Assembly: GCA_050183995.1 (NCBI GenBank)
Contig: JBFXAT010000021.1
Location: forward strand, 26-64,025
Direction of reading: 5' to 3'
Source of the DNA: Vicinamibacterales bacterium
GTDB taxonomy: Bacteria > Acidobacteriota > Vicinamibacteria > Vicinamibacterales > CAVVIG01
DNA length: 64,000 bases
Part shown: in pieces, positions 1 through 9,959 of the stretch
Layout of the letters: every line of letters starts with the position of its first letter
Position numbering within the stretch: position 1 is the stretch's first letter
Notes under the pieces: generated by a model
The model's input: the letters and a program-made list of their open reading frames with translations, nothing else
What the model was told of the DNA's origin: nothing
The model's database searches: none
Position numbers and translations under genes: made by a program

Positions 1-35
1 CCGGCCGAGCTCGGATCGGGTGCGATAATCGCGGT

Positions 36-743
36 ATGGGAGAGTTGACCGATCGGATGATCGCCGAGCTCATCGATGCCGTCCGCGCCCAGCTACGCCG
101 CGAGCAGGGAGAGCGGCTGAGAGACGTCTACCTGATCGGGGACATCGAGAAGGACGTCGCGCGCAGCGTCATCGAGCGGCTGCGCGAGCTCGCCTCGGAG
201 AGCACGCGGCCGATCACGCTCTACGTCAACAGCGCCGGCGGCAACGTCACCGACGGACTGGCCATCCACGACGCCATTCGCCATCTCGTGAGCCGCGGGA
301 TCGAGGTCACGATCGTGGTGCAGGGCATGGCGTACTCGATGGGTTCGGTCGTGCTGCAGGCGGCCAGCGAAGGACGCCGCCATGCGTTCCCCCATTCGTG
401 GATCATGATTCACGAGCCGGCGAAGTGGGCCGGCTGGCAGTCGACCAGCGCCGCGGCGCAGCACCTCGAGCGCCTCAAGCAGATGCAGGACCAGATCTAC
501 CGCATCCTCTCCGTCCGATCCGGGAAGCCGCTGCGCCAGATCATCAAGGACACCAAGCGCACCGACTTCTATCTCGATGCGTCCCGCGCGATGGAGTACG
601 GGCTGATCGACGCGGTGGTGGCGGGTGAGCTGGCGGACGAAACACCGGTCGACGCGCGCGAGCGGCCAGAGAGCGGCACCGCCATGACCTCGCCGCCGCT
701 GGACGGCGAACGCGAAGCCGCGCGCGAACGCTCCGTCTCGTAG
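36..743 (+). CDS. ClpP-family (S14) serine protease paralogue with C-terminal tail
   Basis: ORF 36..743. ClpP signatures: 'LYVNSAGGNVTDGLAIHD', Ser in 'GMAYSMGS', His in 'IMIHEP', 'AMEYGLIDAVV'. Carries a ~35-aa acidic/Pro-rich C-terminal tail. Upstream context is cut by the window edge. Confidence 0.8.
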   Translation: MGELTDRMIAELIDAVRAQLRREQGERLRDVYLIGDIEKDVARSVIERLRELASESTRPITLYVNSAGGNVTDGLAIHDAIRHLVSRGIEVTIVVQGMAYSMGSVVLQAASEGRRHAFPHSWIMIHEPAKWAGWQSTSAAAQHLERLKQMQDQIYRILSVRSGKPLRQIIKDTKRTDFYLDASRAMEYGLIDAVVAGELADETPVDARERPESGTAMTSPPLDGEREAARERSVS

Positions 744-783
744 TCGAGCGGAGCGGCCGCCAGCGGGCCGCGGTCGTCCGGAG

Positions 784-1707
784 TCAGGCGCGGGCCGCGC
801 GCCACTCTTCGAGCACGCGGGCGGCGTTGCCGCCGAGCGACCTGAGGCCTGGCGTCCACCCGAGGGCGCGCGAGCGAGGACTGCGGATCACCTGATCGAC
901 AGCGAGCGCGTCGGCGAGCAGGCCCATCTTGGTGCGCGCTTCCTCGATCGGAACGTGCCGCACGTCGGGCCGATGCGCGAGATGCGGACTGAGAGCCGCG
1001 ATGATGTCGTTGACCCGCTCGTCGCCTTCGTCGTTGGCGTGAAACACGCCGGAGGCGTCCTGCCGCGAGGCGACGCGCGCGATCAGGTCCGCGAGGTCGC
1101 GGTGATACACGAGCGGCCAGCGATTGGTGCCGTCGCCGATGACACGCACGAGCCCGTTGGCCGCAGACTTCAGCAGCTCGCCCACCAGTCCGTCGCTGCT
1201 GCCGCCGTACACGAGTCCCGGCCGGACCACGGCGGTGCGCAGCTGATCGCCGGCGGCATCGAGGAGCTCGCGCTCGATGTCCACCCGCCACCGCCCGAGC
1301 GCGAGCGGATGTGTCGGCGCCGATTCGTCCAGCGGCTTCGGCGCGGAGCCGACGACCCACAGCGCGGAGGTGTAGATGACGAACCGCGCCGGCGCCGCCG
1401 CGCCGCCGCTCCCTCGTGGCCGCCGTGCCGCGGCGAGCAGCGCCTCGACGGTCGTCCTGTCGAGCGCCGCATCGTCCGACGCAAGGTCGAAGGCCGTGTG
1501 CACGTAGCCGTCCTGCGCGTCGGCCTGCGCCCGGTACGACTCGGGGCGTGCGAGGTCGCCGATGACCGGCGATGCCCCCTTGGCCGAGACGCGAGCCGCC
1601 TTCTCGCTGTCGCGGACGAGTGCCGTGATCTGATGGCCGGCTTTCAAGAGGGCGTCGAGGACGGCACTGCCGACGTAGCCGGTGGCCCCGGTCAGAAAGA
1701 TCCGCAT
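784..1707 (-). CDS. NAD(P)-binding SDR / NmrA-like epimerase-family protein
   Basis: ORF 784..1707. N-terminal Rossmann motif 'MRIFLTGATGYVGS'. Substrate cannot be inferred. Confidence 0.75.
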   Translation of the reverse strand: MRIFLTGATGYVGSAVLDALLKAGHQITALVRDSEKAARVSAKGASPVIGDLARPESYRAQADAQDGYVHTAFDLASDDAALDRTTVEALLAAARRPRGSGGAAAPARFVIYTSALWVVGSAPKPLDESAPTHPLALGRWRVDIERELLDAAGDQLRTAVVRPGLVYGGSSDGLVGELLKSAANGLVRVIGDGTNRWPLVYHRDLADLIARVASRQDASGVFHANDEGDERVNDIIAALSPHLAHRPDVRHVPIEEARTKMGLLADALAVDQVIRSPRSRALGWTPGLRSLGGNAARVLEEWRAARA

Positions 1708-1723
1708 GTTCCGTTAGACCACG

Positions 1724-3166
1724 TCAGCGGTTGGAGCGCGCGCCGGCCGCTGCCGGCGCTGCCGCCCAGAATGCCTTGAACCCGCGGTAGAGCTCCCACA
1801 GATCCACTTTGGCGGAAACGTCCATCGGCGAGTGCATACTCAGGATGCCGATCCCCACGTCGATGGCGTCGATGTTGGCGTTCGCGAACCATTGCGCGAT
1901 CGTACCGCCGCCGTATCCGGCGCGATACGCATGCACCTGCCAGTGCACACCCGAGTCGGCGAAGATCCGCCGGATCTGCGCGAAGTATTCGGCATCTGAC
2001 TGCCGGCCCGCGCCGTACTGTTTCACCACCAGCCCCCACCCCAGACGCGCGGAGCTGTTCGGCAGGTACGGCTGCGGAAAGCCCGGGTCGAGCGCCGTCG
2101 TACAGTCGGACACCAGCGCCTGCGACGCCCGCAGCGCGCGGCGCAGCAGCAGGTCGTTGTAGGCAGGCTCCTGCGCGGCGATCAGTTCGGCCAGCAGCGT
2201 GCGGAACCACTCGGATTCGACTCCCGTCGTCCACGATCCCACTTCCTCGTTGTTCACGCCGTAGGCGATGGCGGTCTTTTGCGGCGCCTTCACGTCGGTG
2301 ATCGCGCGAAACGCGGCGAATCCGTTGGAGCGATCGTCGTGCCCGTATGCGGCGACGAGCTGATGATCGAGCCCGACGTCGACCGGCATCTGCGCGGGAA
2401 CGATCTGGAGATCGGCCGACAGGAAGTCCTCGGGCACCAGGCTGTACTTGCTCTGGAGCGCGCCGAGCGCCGCGTCCCGCACCAGGCCGAGAATCGGATC
2501 GAGCTCCTCGGTCTGGATCACGTCCCGGTTCTTGCGCTCGCGAAAATCGTTGTCCACGTGCGGAGCCAGGTCCGTGATCATCAGCACGGCGTCGGACGGA
2601 TCGTGTCCGATGTTCACGTCGACGATCGTCCCGTCCATCCTGGTGACACGGCCGATGAGCGCGAGCGGACGATTCACCCACTGATAGTTCTTCAGGCTCC
2701 CGTGGGTCGTCGTGTCCAGCAGCACGAGGTCGAACGAGTCGCGAAACGGCTTCGGCTTCAGCTGCAGACGCACCGAATCGTTGTGGGTGTTCACGATACG
2801 CGTGCCGCTGGCGACCGGATCGGTGCCGATGACGAAGGCGGCGATCGTCCGGCCGCGATTGACGGCGTACCAGCGCGATCCGGGAGCGGCGTCGCCGCGC
2901 TGCGGCGCGTCCGGCCAGGGCCGGAATCCGTTGCTCTCGACCATCCGCACGGCCTCGCGCACGAACGCCGACTCCGACTTCGCGCGGCCGATGAACTGCT
3001 TGAAATCGTCGCCGAACCGCAGCGCCTCCGTCCGCTCGGCCGGAGAGAGCTTCGGCCAAACGGGTCCGGATTCCTGTGCGAAAACCGGCGGCACGATGGC
3101 CGCCGTCAGGGTTGCTGCGAAGAACAAATGGGCGGGACGCATGAGGTTGGTGCTCGCATCCATCAT
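1724..3166 (-). CDS. Secreted M18-family aminopeptidase
   Basis: Signal-like N-terminus 'LFFAATLTAAIVPPVFAQ'. C-terminal 'GIGILSMHSPMDVSAKVDLWELYRGF' is typical of the M18 aspartyl-aminopeptidase-like family. Confidence 0.7.
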   Translation of the reverse strand: MMDASTNLMRPAHLFFAATLTAAIVPPVFAQESGPVWPKLSPAERTEALRFGDDFKQFIGRAKSESAFVREAVRMVESNGFRPWPDAPQRGDAAPGSRWYAVNRGRTIAAFVIGTDPVASGTRIVNTHNDSVRLQLKPKPFRDSFDLVLLDTTTHGSLKNYQWVNRPLALIGRVTRMDGTIVDVNIGHDPSDAVLMITDLAPHVDNDFRERKNRDVIQTEELDPILGLVRDAALGALQSKYSLVPEDFLSADLQIVPAQMPVDVGLDHQLVAAYGHDDRSNGFAAFRAITDVKAPQKTAIAYGVNNEEVGSWTTGVESEWFRTLLAELIAAQEPAYNDLLLRRALRASQALVSDCTTALDPGFPQPYLPNSSARLGWGLVVKQYGAGRQSDAEYFAQIRRIFADSGVHWQVHAYRAGYGGGTIAQWFANANIDAIDVGIGILSMHSPMDVSAKVDLWELYRGFKAFWAAAPAAAGARSNR

Positions 3167-3175
3167 AATTCACAG

Positions 3176-5704
3176 GTGCGCCGCGACACCCTCATCGACT
3201 TCTTCGACGATCTTTCCCGCTCGCGCGGCGTCTTCGTAGTGCACGACGATTCGTTCCGCGCGCACGCGTACACGTACGAGGACGTGGCCAGAGCCGCGCG
3301 CGCGTTTGCCGCCCGGCTGCACGCCGCCGGTCTGACCAAAGGCGACAAGGTCGTCGTCTTTTCGGAGAACCGGCCGGAGTGGATCGTCGCGTTCTGGGGC
3401 TGCCTGCTGCTGGGCGTCGTGGTCGTACCGATCGACTACCGCTCGTCACCCGACTTCCTGAAACGCGTGGCCGCAATCGTCCAGGCTCGGGTCGTTCTGG
3501 TGGGTCACGAGGTTCCGCCGATCGGCGCAGTGGACGTCGCGCAGCTCTGGCCTCTGCATGAGCTGGACTGGCGGTCGACCGCGAGCCCTCCCGTGGTCGA
3601 GCTGACCCGCGACGACGTGGCGGAGATCATCTTCACCTCTGGAGCCACGGCCGAGCCCAAGGGGGTCGTGATCACCCACAAGAACGTGCTCGCGAACATC
3701 GTCCCGGTCGAGCGCGAGGTCGCGAAGTATCGCAAGTGGGCGACGCCGTTCGCTCCGATCCGGTTCTTGAACCTCCTGCCGCTCAGCCACATGTTCGGAC
3801 AGGCGATGGCGACCTTCGTGCCGCCGATGCTGAGCGGGACGGTCGTGTTCATGCGCGGCTACAACCCGGCCGACATCGCGGCGCAGATTCGGACGCGCCG
3901 CATCTCCGTCCTGGTGTCGGTGCCGAAGATCCTCGACGTACTGCGCGAACATGCGTCGCGCGTCGCGCCGAGCACGGCCAGCGCGGGTGCGGCGCTGCCG
4001 GGCCCTCCCGGAGGCGGCGCGGCCGGCGCCATCTGGCGGATCGCCGCCCGGTGGTGGCGGCATCGCGACGTGCATCGGATCTTCGGCGCGAAGTTCTGGG
4101 CCTTCGTCGTCGGCGCGGCGCCGCTCGACGCGTCGCTCGAGAAATTCTGGGGCGACCTGGGCTTCGCGGTGGTGCAGGGTTACGGCTTGACCGAGACCGC
4201 GCCGATCGTCACGTTGAATCATCCGTTCGGCACCAGGCGCGGATCGGTCGGCAAGGCGATCGCCGGCGTCGAGGTGAAGGTGGCGCCGGACGGAGAGATC
4301 CTCGTCCGGGGCGAAAACGTTACCCAGGGCTACTTCAACGCAGCCGATGAAACGGCGCGCGCCTTCGAGGACGGGTGGTTCCACACCGGCGACATCGGTG
4401 AGATCGGACCTGACGGCCAGGTCTTCATCCGCGGGCGCAAGAAGGAAATGATCGTGACGCCCGAGGGCCTGAACGTCTTCCCCGAAGACGTGGAAGGGGT
4501 GCTGAATCTCATCCCGGGTGTCCGTGACTCGGCCGTCGTCGGCGCCAGGCAGGGCGGCACCGAGGAACGCGTGCACGCAGCCCTCGTGCTCGATCCGGGC
4601 GTGCAGATCGACGATGTGGTGAGGAAGGCGAACGCGACGTTGGCCGACCACCAGCGCATCAGGCGCGCCGTCGCATGGCCGGAGCCGGAGCTGCCGCGCA
4701 CCGAGGGAACGAAGAAGCTCAAACGCGCGGTGATTCGCGCGTGGGTGGAAGGCGGCGAGGTGCCGAGGCACGTGGCCGCGGGTGCCGACGCGCTCAGTGC
4801 GTTGATCGCGAAGTACGCGGGCCGCGACCATGTGGCACCAGGGGCCACGATCGAGGAACTGGGGCTGAGCTCGCTCGAGCGCGTGGAGCTGATGGTGGCG
4901 CTCGAGGACACGTTCGGAGGCCGGATCGACGAGAGCGCGTTCGCAGCGGCACGGAGCGTCGCCGACCTGAAGACCCTGGTCGAGCGGGCGCCGGACAGCG
5001 GAGCGCCGGCGGCCGAACCGGTGGACTTCCCGTCCTGGAATCGCAGCCGGCTCGCACAGATCGTCCGAAGAGTCAGCCTGCCGACGTGGATCCTGCCGCT
5101 CGCGAGGATCTTCGCGCACCTCAGCGTCGACGGGCTCGACCGGATCGCCGGGATCACCGAGCCGGTGATCTTCGCGGCGAACCACCAGAGCCACATGGAT
5201 ACGCCGGTCATCCTCTCCGCGCTGCCGGCCCGGTTGCGGTACCGCGTCGCGCCGGCCATGGCGAAGGAGTTCTTCAAGCCGCACTTCTTCCCCGAGCAGT
5301 ACGGCCGGAAGGCGTGGTTGACGAACAGCCTGAACTACTATCTGGCGGCGCTCTTCTTCAACGCGTTTCCGCTGCCCCAGCGCGAGGCGGGCGCCAGGCA
5401 GACGCTGCGATACATCGGCGACGTGCTCGAGAGCGGCTATTCCGTGCTGATCTTTCCCGAGGGCAAGCGGACCGACACCGGGGCCATCGATCGGTTCCGC
5501 CCCGGCATCGGCATGATCGCGTCGCGGCTCGGCGTGCCGGTCGTGCCCGTTCGGATCGACGGGCTCGACAAGGTGCTGCACCACACGTGGAAGATGGCGG
5601 TGCCCGGAGCGGTGCGGGTGGCGTTCGGGGCTCCGATGAGGCTGACGGGCGACGACTACGAAGGGAACGCCAGGACGGTCGAAGAGGCCGTCAAAGCGCT
5701 TTGA
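3176..5704 (+). CDS. Tri-domain acyl-AMP ligase / carrier protein / PlsC-type lysophospholipid acyltransferase
   Basis: In-frame GTG at 3176 lies just past the divergent aminopeptidase start; the listed ORF start at 2279 lies inside that gene. AMP-binding motifs 'TSGATAEPKGVVITHKN', 'GYGLTETAP', 'WFHTGDIG', 'GRKKEMIV'. Carrier motif 'LGLSSLERVEL'. PlsC motifs 'NHQSHMDTP' (HX4D) and 'IFPEGKRT'. Confidence 0.8.
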   Translation: MRRDTLIDFFDDLSRSRGVFVVHDDSFRAHAYTYEDVARAARAFAARLHAAGLTKGDKVVVFSENRPEWIVAFWGCLLLGVVVVPIDYRSSPDFLKRVAAIVQARVVLVGHEVPPIGAVDVAQLWPLHELDWRSTASPPVVELTRDDVAEIIFTSGATAEPKGVVITHKNVLANIVPVEREVAKYRKWATPFAPIRFLNLLPLSHMFGQAMATFVPPMLSGTVVFMRGYNPADIAAQIRTRRISVLVSVPKILDVLREHASRVAPSTASAGAALPGPPGGGAAGAIWRIAARWWRHRDVHRIFGAKFWAFVVGAAPLDASLEKFWGDLGFAVVQGYGLTETAPIVTLNHPFGTRRGSVGKAIAGVEVKVAPDGEILVRGENVTQGYFNAADETARAFEDGWFHTGDIGEIGPDGQVFIRGRKKEMIVTPEGLNVFPEDVEGVLNLIPGVRDSAVVGARQGGTEERVHAALVLDPGVQIDDVVRKANATLADHQRIRRAVAWPEPELPRTEGTKKLKRAVIRAWVEGGEVPRHVAAGADALSALIAKYAGRDHVAPGATIEELGLSSLERVELMVALEDTFGGRIDESAFAAARSVADLKTLVERAPDSGAPAAEPVDFPSWNRSRLAQIVRRVSLPTWILPLARIFAHLSVDGLDRIAGITEPVIFAANHQSHMDTPVILSALPARLRYRVAPAMAKEFFKPHFFPEQYGRKAWLTNSLNYYLAALFFNAFPLPQREAGARQTLRYIGDVLESGYSVLIFPEGKRTDTGAIDRFRPGIGMIASRLGVPVVPVRIDGLDKVLHHTWKMAVPGAVRVAFGAPMRLTGDDYEGNARTVEEAVKAL

Positions 5705-5796
5705 TGGCCACCATTCGCGGTCAGCGCTGGCTAACCGGGCGCTCGTGTGGCACAATGTTTGTCTCTAATCCATTGATCTGAAAGGAAAGCTAGCGA

Positions 5797-6015
5797 TTGA
5801 GCAAGGACGACCTCATAGACATGCAGGGCACCGTGGTTGCGGTCCACAGCGGCGGGCTTTACCGCGTGCAGTGCGACGCCGGCCATGAAGTGCTCGCCCA
5901 GCTCAGTGGCCGGATGCGCCGGTTCCGTATCAAGGTGGTGCCCGGCGATCGCGTGACCGTGGGCGTCTCCCCTTACGATCCGGTACGAGGCATCATCACC
6001 TTCCGGGCGCGCTAG
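5797..6015 (+). CDS. infA: Translation initiation factor IF-1
   Basis: 72 aa. TTG start preceded by AAAGGAAAG. Full-length IF-1 likeness ('GLYRVQCDAGHEVLAQLSGRMRRFRIKVVPGDRVTVGVSPYDPVRGIITFR'). Confidence 0.95.
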   Translation: MSKDDLIDMQGTVVAVHSGGLYRVQCDAGHEVLAQLSGRMRRFRIKVVPGDRVTVGVSPYDPVRGIITFRAR

Positions 6016-6025
6016 CCAGAACGTT

Positions 6026-7351
<1,326 letters not shown>

Positions 7352-7357
7352 AAACGG

Positions 7358-7609
7358 ATGTCGGATTCGCCTTCTACGTCGCCCCCTGGTGAGGCATCGG
7401 CCGACACCCCGACGGTCTCCGCCGCGGTCATCAAGTTCAAGTCCTGCCGCTGGCGGCGTCCTCCCGAAGACGGTCCGGAATGCTGCGGACATCGGGATGT
7501 GCTGCCGCTCGCAGGGACGAGCTTCAATCCCGACGCGTGGTGCCCGGACTGCCAGTTCTTCAAGCTCCGCCGCACGCCGAAGAAGCGCGAGCCGTACTCG
7601 GGCTACTAG
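7358..7609 (+). CDS. Cys-rich small hypothetical protein (83 aa)
   Basis: ATG 6 nt after the helicase stop. Third codon positions are mostly G/C, which is coding-like for this genome. Cys pattern C-x11-CC-x18-C-x2-C. No family recognised. Confidence 0.5.
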   Translation: MSDSPSTSPPGEASADTPTVSAAVIKFKSCRWRRPPEDGPECCGHRDVLPLAGTSFNPDAWCPDCQFFKLRRTPKKREPYSGY

Positions 7610-7657
7610 TCGCAGCGTCCAGCACACATTCAGCTGTCGGTCACTGCTGACGACGGC

Positions 7658-7685
7658 GCGCTCTCCGTAGTTCGTCGGAGAGCGC
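7658..7685. terminator. GC-rich hairpin between convergent genes (candidate bidirectional terminator)
   Basis: 10-bp stem (7658-7667 pairs with 7676-7685) with an 8-nt loop, in the 79-nt gap between the 7609 (+) and 7689 (-) gene ends. No clear U-tract. Confidence 0.35.
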
Positions 7686-7688
7686 CGG

Positions 7689-8804
7689 TCAGTTCTCGGA
7701 GAACTCCCGGGCGAGCTCGACCCACTCACCGTTGGGCGCGAGCTGCTGGTAGGCCTTCCAGTGCGGCCTCGCGTCCTGCGAGAGGCCGAGCTTCTCGAGC
7801 GTCACCGCGAGATAGAAATGCGCGTCCGCGTACTGCGGGTTCTGCGCGAGCGCGGCCGCGTAGCAGGCCCGCGCCTCCTCGTACTCTGCGAGGTCGTGAT
7901 GGATGTTGCCGAGATTGAAGTGCGCCTCGAAGAAGTCGGGATCGAGCGCGATGGCGCGCTCGTAGAGCGCCTGCGCTTCCGCCAGCTCGTCGTGCGCGTA
8001 GTGGATGTTCGCGAGATTGATCAGCGCCGCCACCATGCCGGGATCGCACTCGAGCGCTCTTCGGTACAGCCCTGCCGCCCGCGCGCTGGTCGCCTCGTCG
8101 CCATCGTCGAGCGCTGATGCCGAGTGGAAGTACTCCTCCGCGAGAGACGGATTGCGCTGAGGCTGCCGCGGCTCGCGCGGCAAGGACGGCGCGCGCCGCT
8201 GTTGCAGCGTGAGGATCTTGGCCGGCGCCGCGTCAAGGCGGAAGTCGAGCGCGAGCTGGCCGTCGCGCGACGCCACCAGCGCCCGCACGGCCGCTCGGAA
8301 CGGGACGCCCTGGCTGACCTCCTCGTGCGCCTGCCTGATCACCGTCAGATCCTGAAACGCGAAGTAGGTGTCGGCGTTGGTGCGCGCGACCGGCTTCACG
8401 ACTCCGTACTTCACCAGATAGCGGAGCTGATCCTCTCGAAGCGACGGGTAGCGGGCGAGGAGATCGCGCATCGCGTGGAACTGTTGCTTCAAGTCGGACG
8501 GCGCCGGCTGCCCGGCGAGCCGGCAGAAGTCGTCTTCACTCAGCACGGCGATCTGTGCCGCGTGCTGCGCGCGCAGTTCGTCGACACGGCGAAGCTTGTT
8601 GCTCGTCGCCGCGCCCCCCGCAAACCCTTCCCCACCCACCACCACCATCGTCGTCCGCACGGACACGTCGTCCGCCGTGGCTCCGCCGAGCCTGACGACG
8701 AGCGCACGGGCCTCCTTGCGGCCGAGCGAGCTCAGTTTTCCGGTGAAGACGACGAGGTGCCCCTCGAGCGGTTGGGAGGGCTGGTCACGCTGCACTGAAT
8801 ACAA
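7689..8804 (-). CDS. BRCT domain / helical linker / TPR-repeat protein
   Basis: N-terminal LigA-like BRCT 'LVVFTGKLSSLGRKEARALVVRLGGATADDVSVRTTMVVVG'. C-terminal TPR repeats ('AEAQALYERAIALDPDFFEAHFNLGNI', 'YEEARACYAAALAQNPQYADAHFYLA'). Confidence 0.75.
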   Translation of the reverse strand: MYSVQRDQPSQPLEGHLVVFTGKLSSLGRKEARALVVRLGGATADDVSVRTTMVVVGGEGFAGGAATSNKLRRVDELRAQHAAQIAVLSEDDFCRLAGQPAPSDLKQQFHAMRDLLARYPSLREDQLRYLVKYGVVKPVARTNADTYFAFQDLTVIRQAHEEVSQGVPFRAAVRALVASRDGQLALDFRLDAAPAKILTLQQRRAPSLPREPRQPQRNPSLAEEYFHSASALDDGDEATSARAAGLYRRALECDPGMVAALINLANIHYAHDELAEAQALYERAIALDPDFFEAHFNLGNIHHDLAEYEEARACYAAALAQNPQYADAHFYLAVTLEKLGLSQDARPHWKAYQQLAPNGEWVELAREFSEN

Positions 8805-8905
8805 ACATCCTCCGTGACGAGGGAGCGCGGGGGGCCGGCCTAAACATGAAGCAGAATAGACGTGATGTCAACACTCTCACGCGGGTGCCGCCGCACGGTC
8901 GCCGC

Positions 8906-9874
8906 ATGATTCTCGCAGGCGACATCGGCGGTACCAAGACCCTGCTCGGCGTCTTCGACGTGCGCCCGGCACGCCCCAGAGCGGTCTACACACGCGCGTT
9001 CAGCACGACCGACTTCCCTGGCCTCACGGCCATGCTGGCCGTCTTCGGCCAGGACGAGGACGCAGCAGGCCTGCCGCTGTCGAGCGCCTGCTTCGGCGTG
9101 GCCGGCCCCGTGCTCGGCGACGTCGCCGAGCTGACCAACGTGCCGTTCACCATCGACGCAGTGGCGGTCTCGCATCAGCTCGACGTGCCCCGGGTGAGGC
9201 TGCTGAACGATCTGCAGGCGATGGCGAGCGCAGTGCCGGTGCTCGAGGGCGACGAGCTCCACGTGCTGCAGGCAGGTGAGGCGATCCGCGGCGGCAACGT
9301 CGCCCTGATCGCCGCAGGGACCGGACTCGGCCAGGCGCTCCTCCACAACGTCGACGGCCGGCTCGTGCCCGCCGCCTCGGAGGGTGGACATGCCGACTGG
9401 GCGGCACGCACCGATCGGGACATCACGCTGCTACGATCGCTCCTGCGGCGCTACGGCCGCGCCGAGGTCGAACACGTCATCGCCGGCCGAGGGCTGCTGA
9501 ACATCTTCGAGGTGACGCACATGGCGCCGTGCAGCGCCAGCATCGACCCCGACGCGCCCGACGCGCCGGCCGCGATCACCGGCGCCGCGCTCCGGCGGCG
9601 CTGTCCGATGTGCGTCGAATCGCTGGAAATCTTCGTCGACGCCTACGGCGCCGAAGCGGGCAACCTCGCGCTGCGCGTGATGGCGACCGGCGGAGTGTTC
9701 ATCGGCGGAGGCATCGCGCCGAAGATCCTGCCGGCGCTCACCGACGGCCGCTTCATGCGCGCGTTCCTCGAGAAGGGCCCGATGCGTGACCTGCTCGCGG
9801 AAGTGCCCGTGAAGGTGATCCTGAACGCCGACGCCGGACTGCTGGGGGCGGCGGCGTACGCGGCCACGCTCTGA
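8906..9874 (+). CDS. glk: Glucokinase
   Basis: 'MILAGDIGGTKT' N-terminus, 'GRGLLNI', 'VFIGGGIAPKIL'. The listed ORF starts at 8846, but its first ~20 codons look less coding-like, so 8906 is preferred. Start remains uncertain. Confidence 0.85.
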   Translation: MILAGDIGGTKTLLGVFDVRPARPRAVYTRAFSTTDFPGLTAMLAVFGQDEDAAGLPLSSACFGVAGPVLGDVAELTNVPFTIDAVAVSHQLDVPRVRLLNDLQAMASAVPVLEGDELHVLQAGEAIRGGNVALIAAGTGLGQALLHNVDGRLVPAASEGGHADWAARTDRDITLLRSLLRRYGRAEVEHVIAGRGLLNIFEVTHMAPCSASIDPDAPDAPAAITGAALRRRCPMCVESLEIFVDAYGAEAGNLALRVMATGGVFIGGGIAPKILPALTDGRFMRAFLEKGPMRDLLAEVPVKVILNADAGLLGAAAYAATL

Positions 9875-9959
9875 CCTGCCCGCCCGTGCGGCGGGGTCAC
9901 GCAGAGAAACGGACGGATCGGGCAGGGACGCGGGATGACGCGTACACGCCTCGGACGCC

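Noticed and set aside
569-1360. Many long alternative-frame or antisense ORFs in the track (e.g. 569..1360, 955..1779, 1692..3173, 3446..5755, 6152..7306, 10537..12552, 15176..17311, 17366..18679, 18962..20578, 20907..22274, 39896..41578, 42576..44018, 57610..59106)
   Set aside because: These are Arg/Pro/Gly/Ala-rich low-complexity translations that fully overlap well-supported genes on the other strand or frame. They are typical shadow ORFs of high-GC DNA.
2279-3175. N-terminal extensions of track ORFs (2279 start of the ligase fusion, and long forms 38255..39880, 39559..40767, 41779..43494, 42621..44987, 45098..45919, 45622..46752, 55309..56121, 60225..62162, 36308..38008)
   Set aside because: The extensions overlap the neighbouring gene and are low-complexity. 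Homology-like sequence begins at internal ATG or GTG codons that coincide with the upstream gene's stop.
5748-5763. Sigma-54-like element TGGCAC-N5-TTGTC upstream of infA
   Set aside because: The -12 element is TTGT rather than TTGC, no enhancer-binding-protein context is visible, and infA is a housekeeping gene. This is more likely chance or part of a sigma70 promoter (CACAAT). It would need transcription start mapping.
9879-9895. Short GC hairpin (CCCGCC-N5-GGCGGG) after glk as an intrinsic terminator
   Set aside because: The stem is only 6 bp and has no U-tract. This is too weak to annotate.
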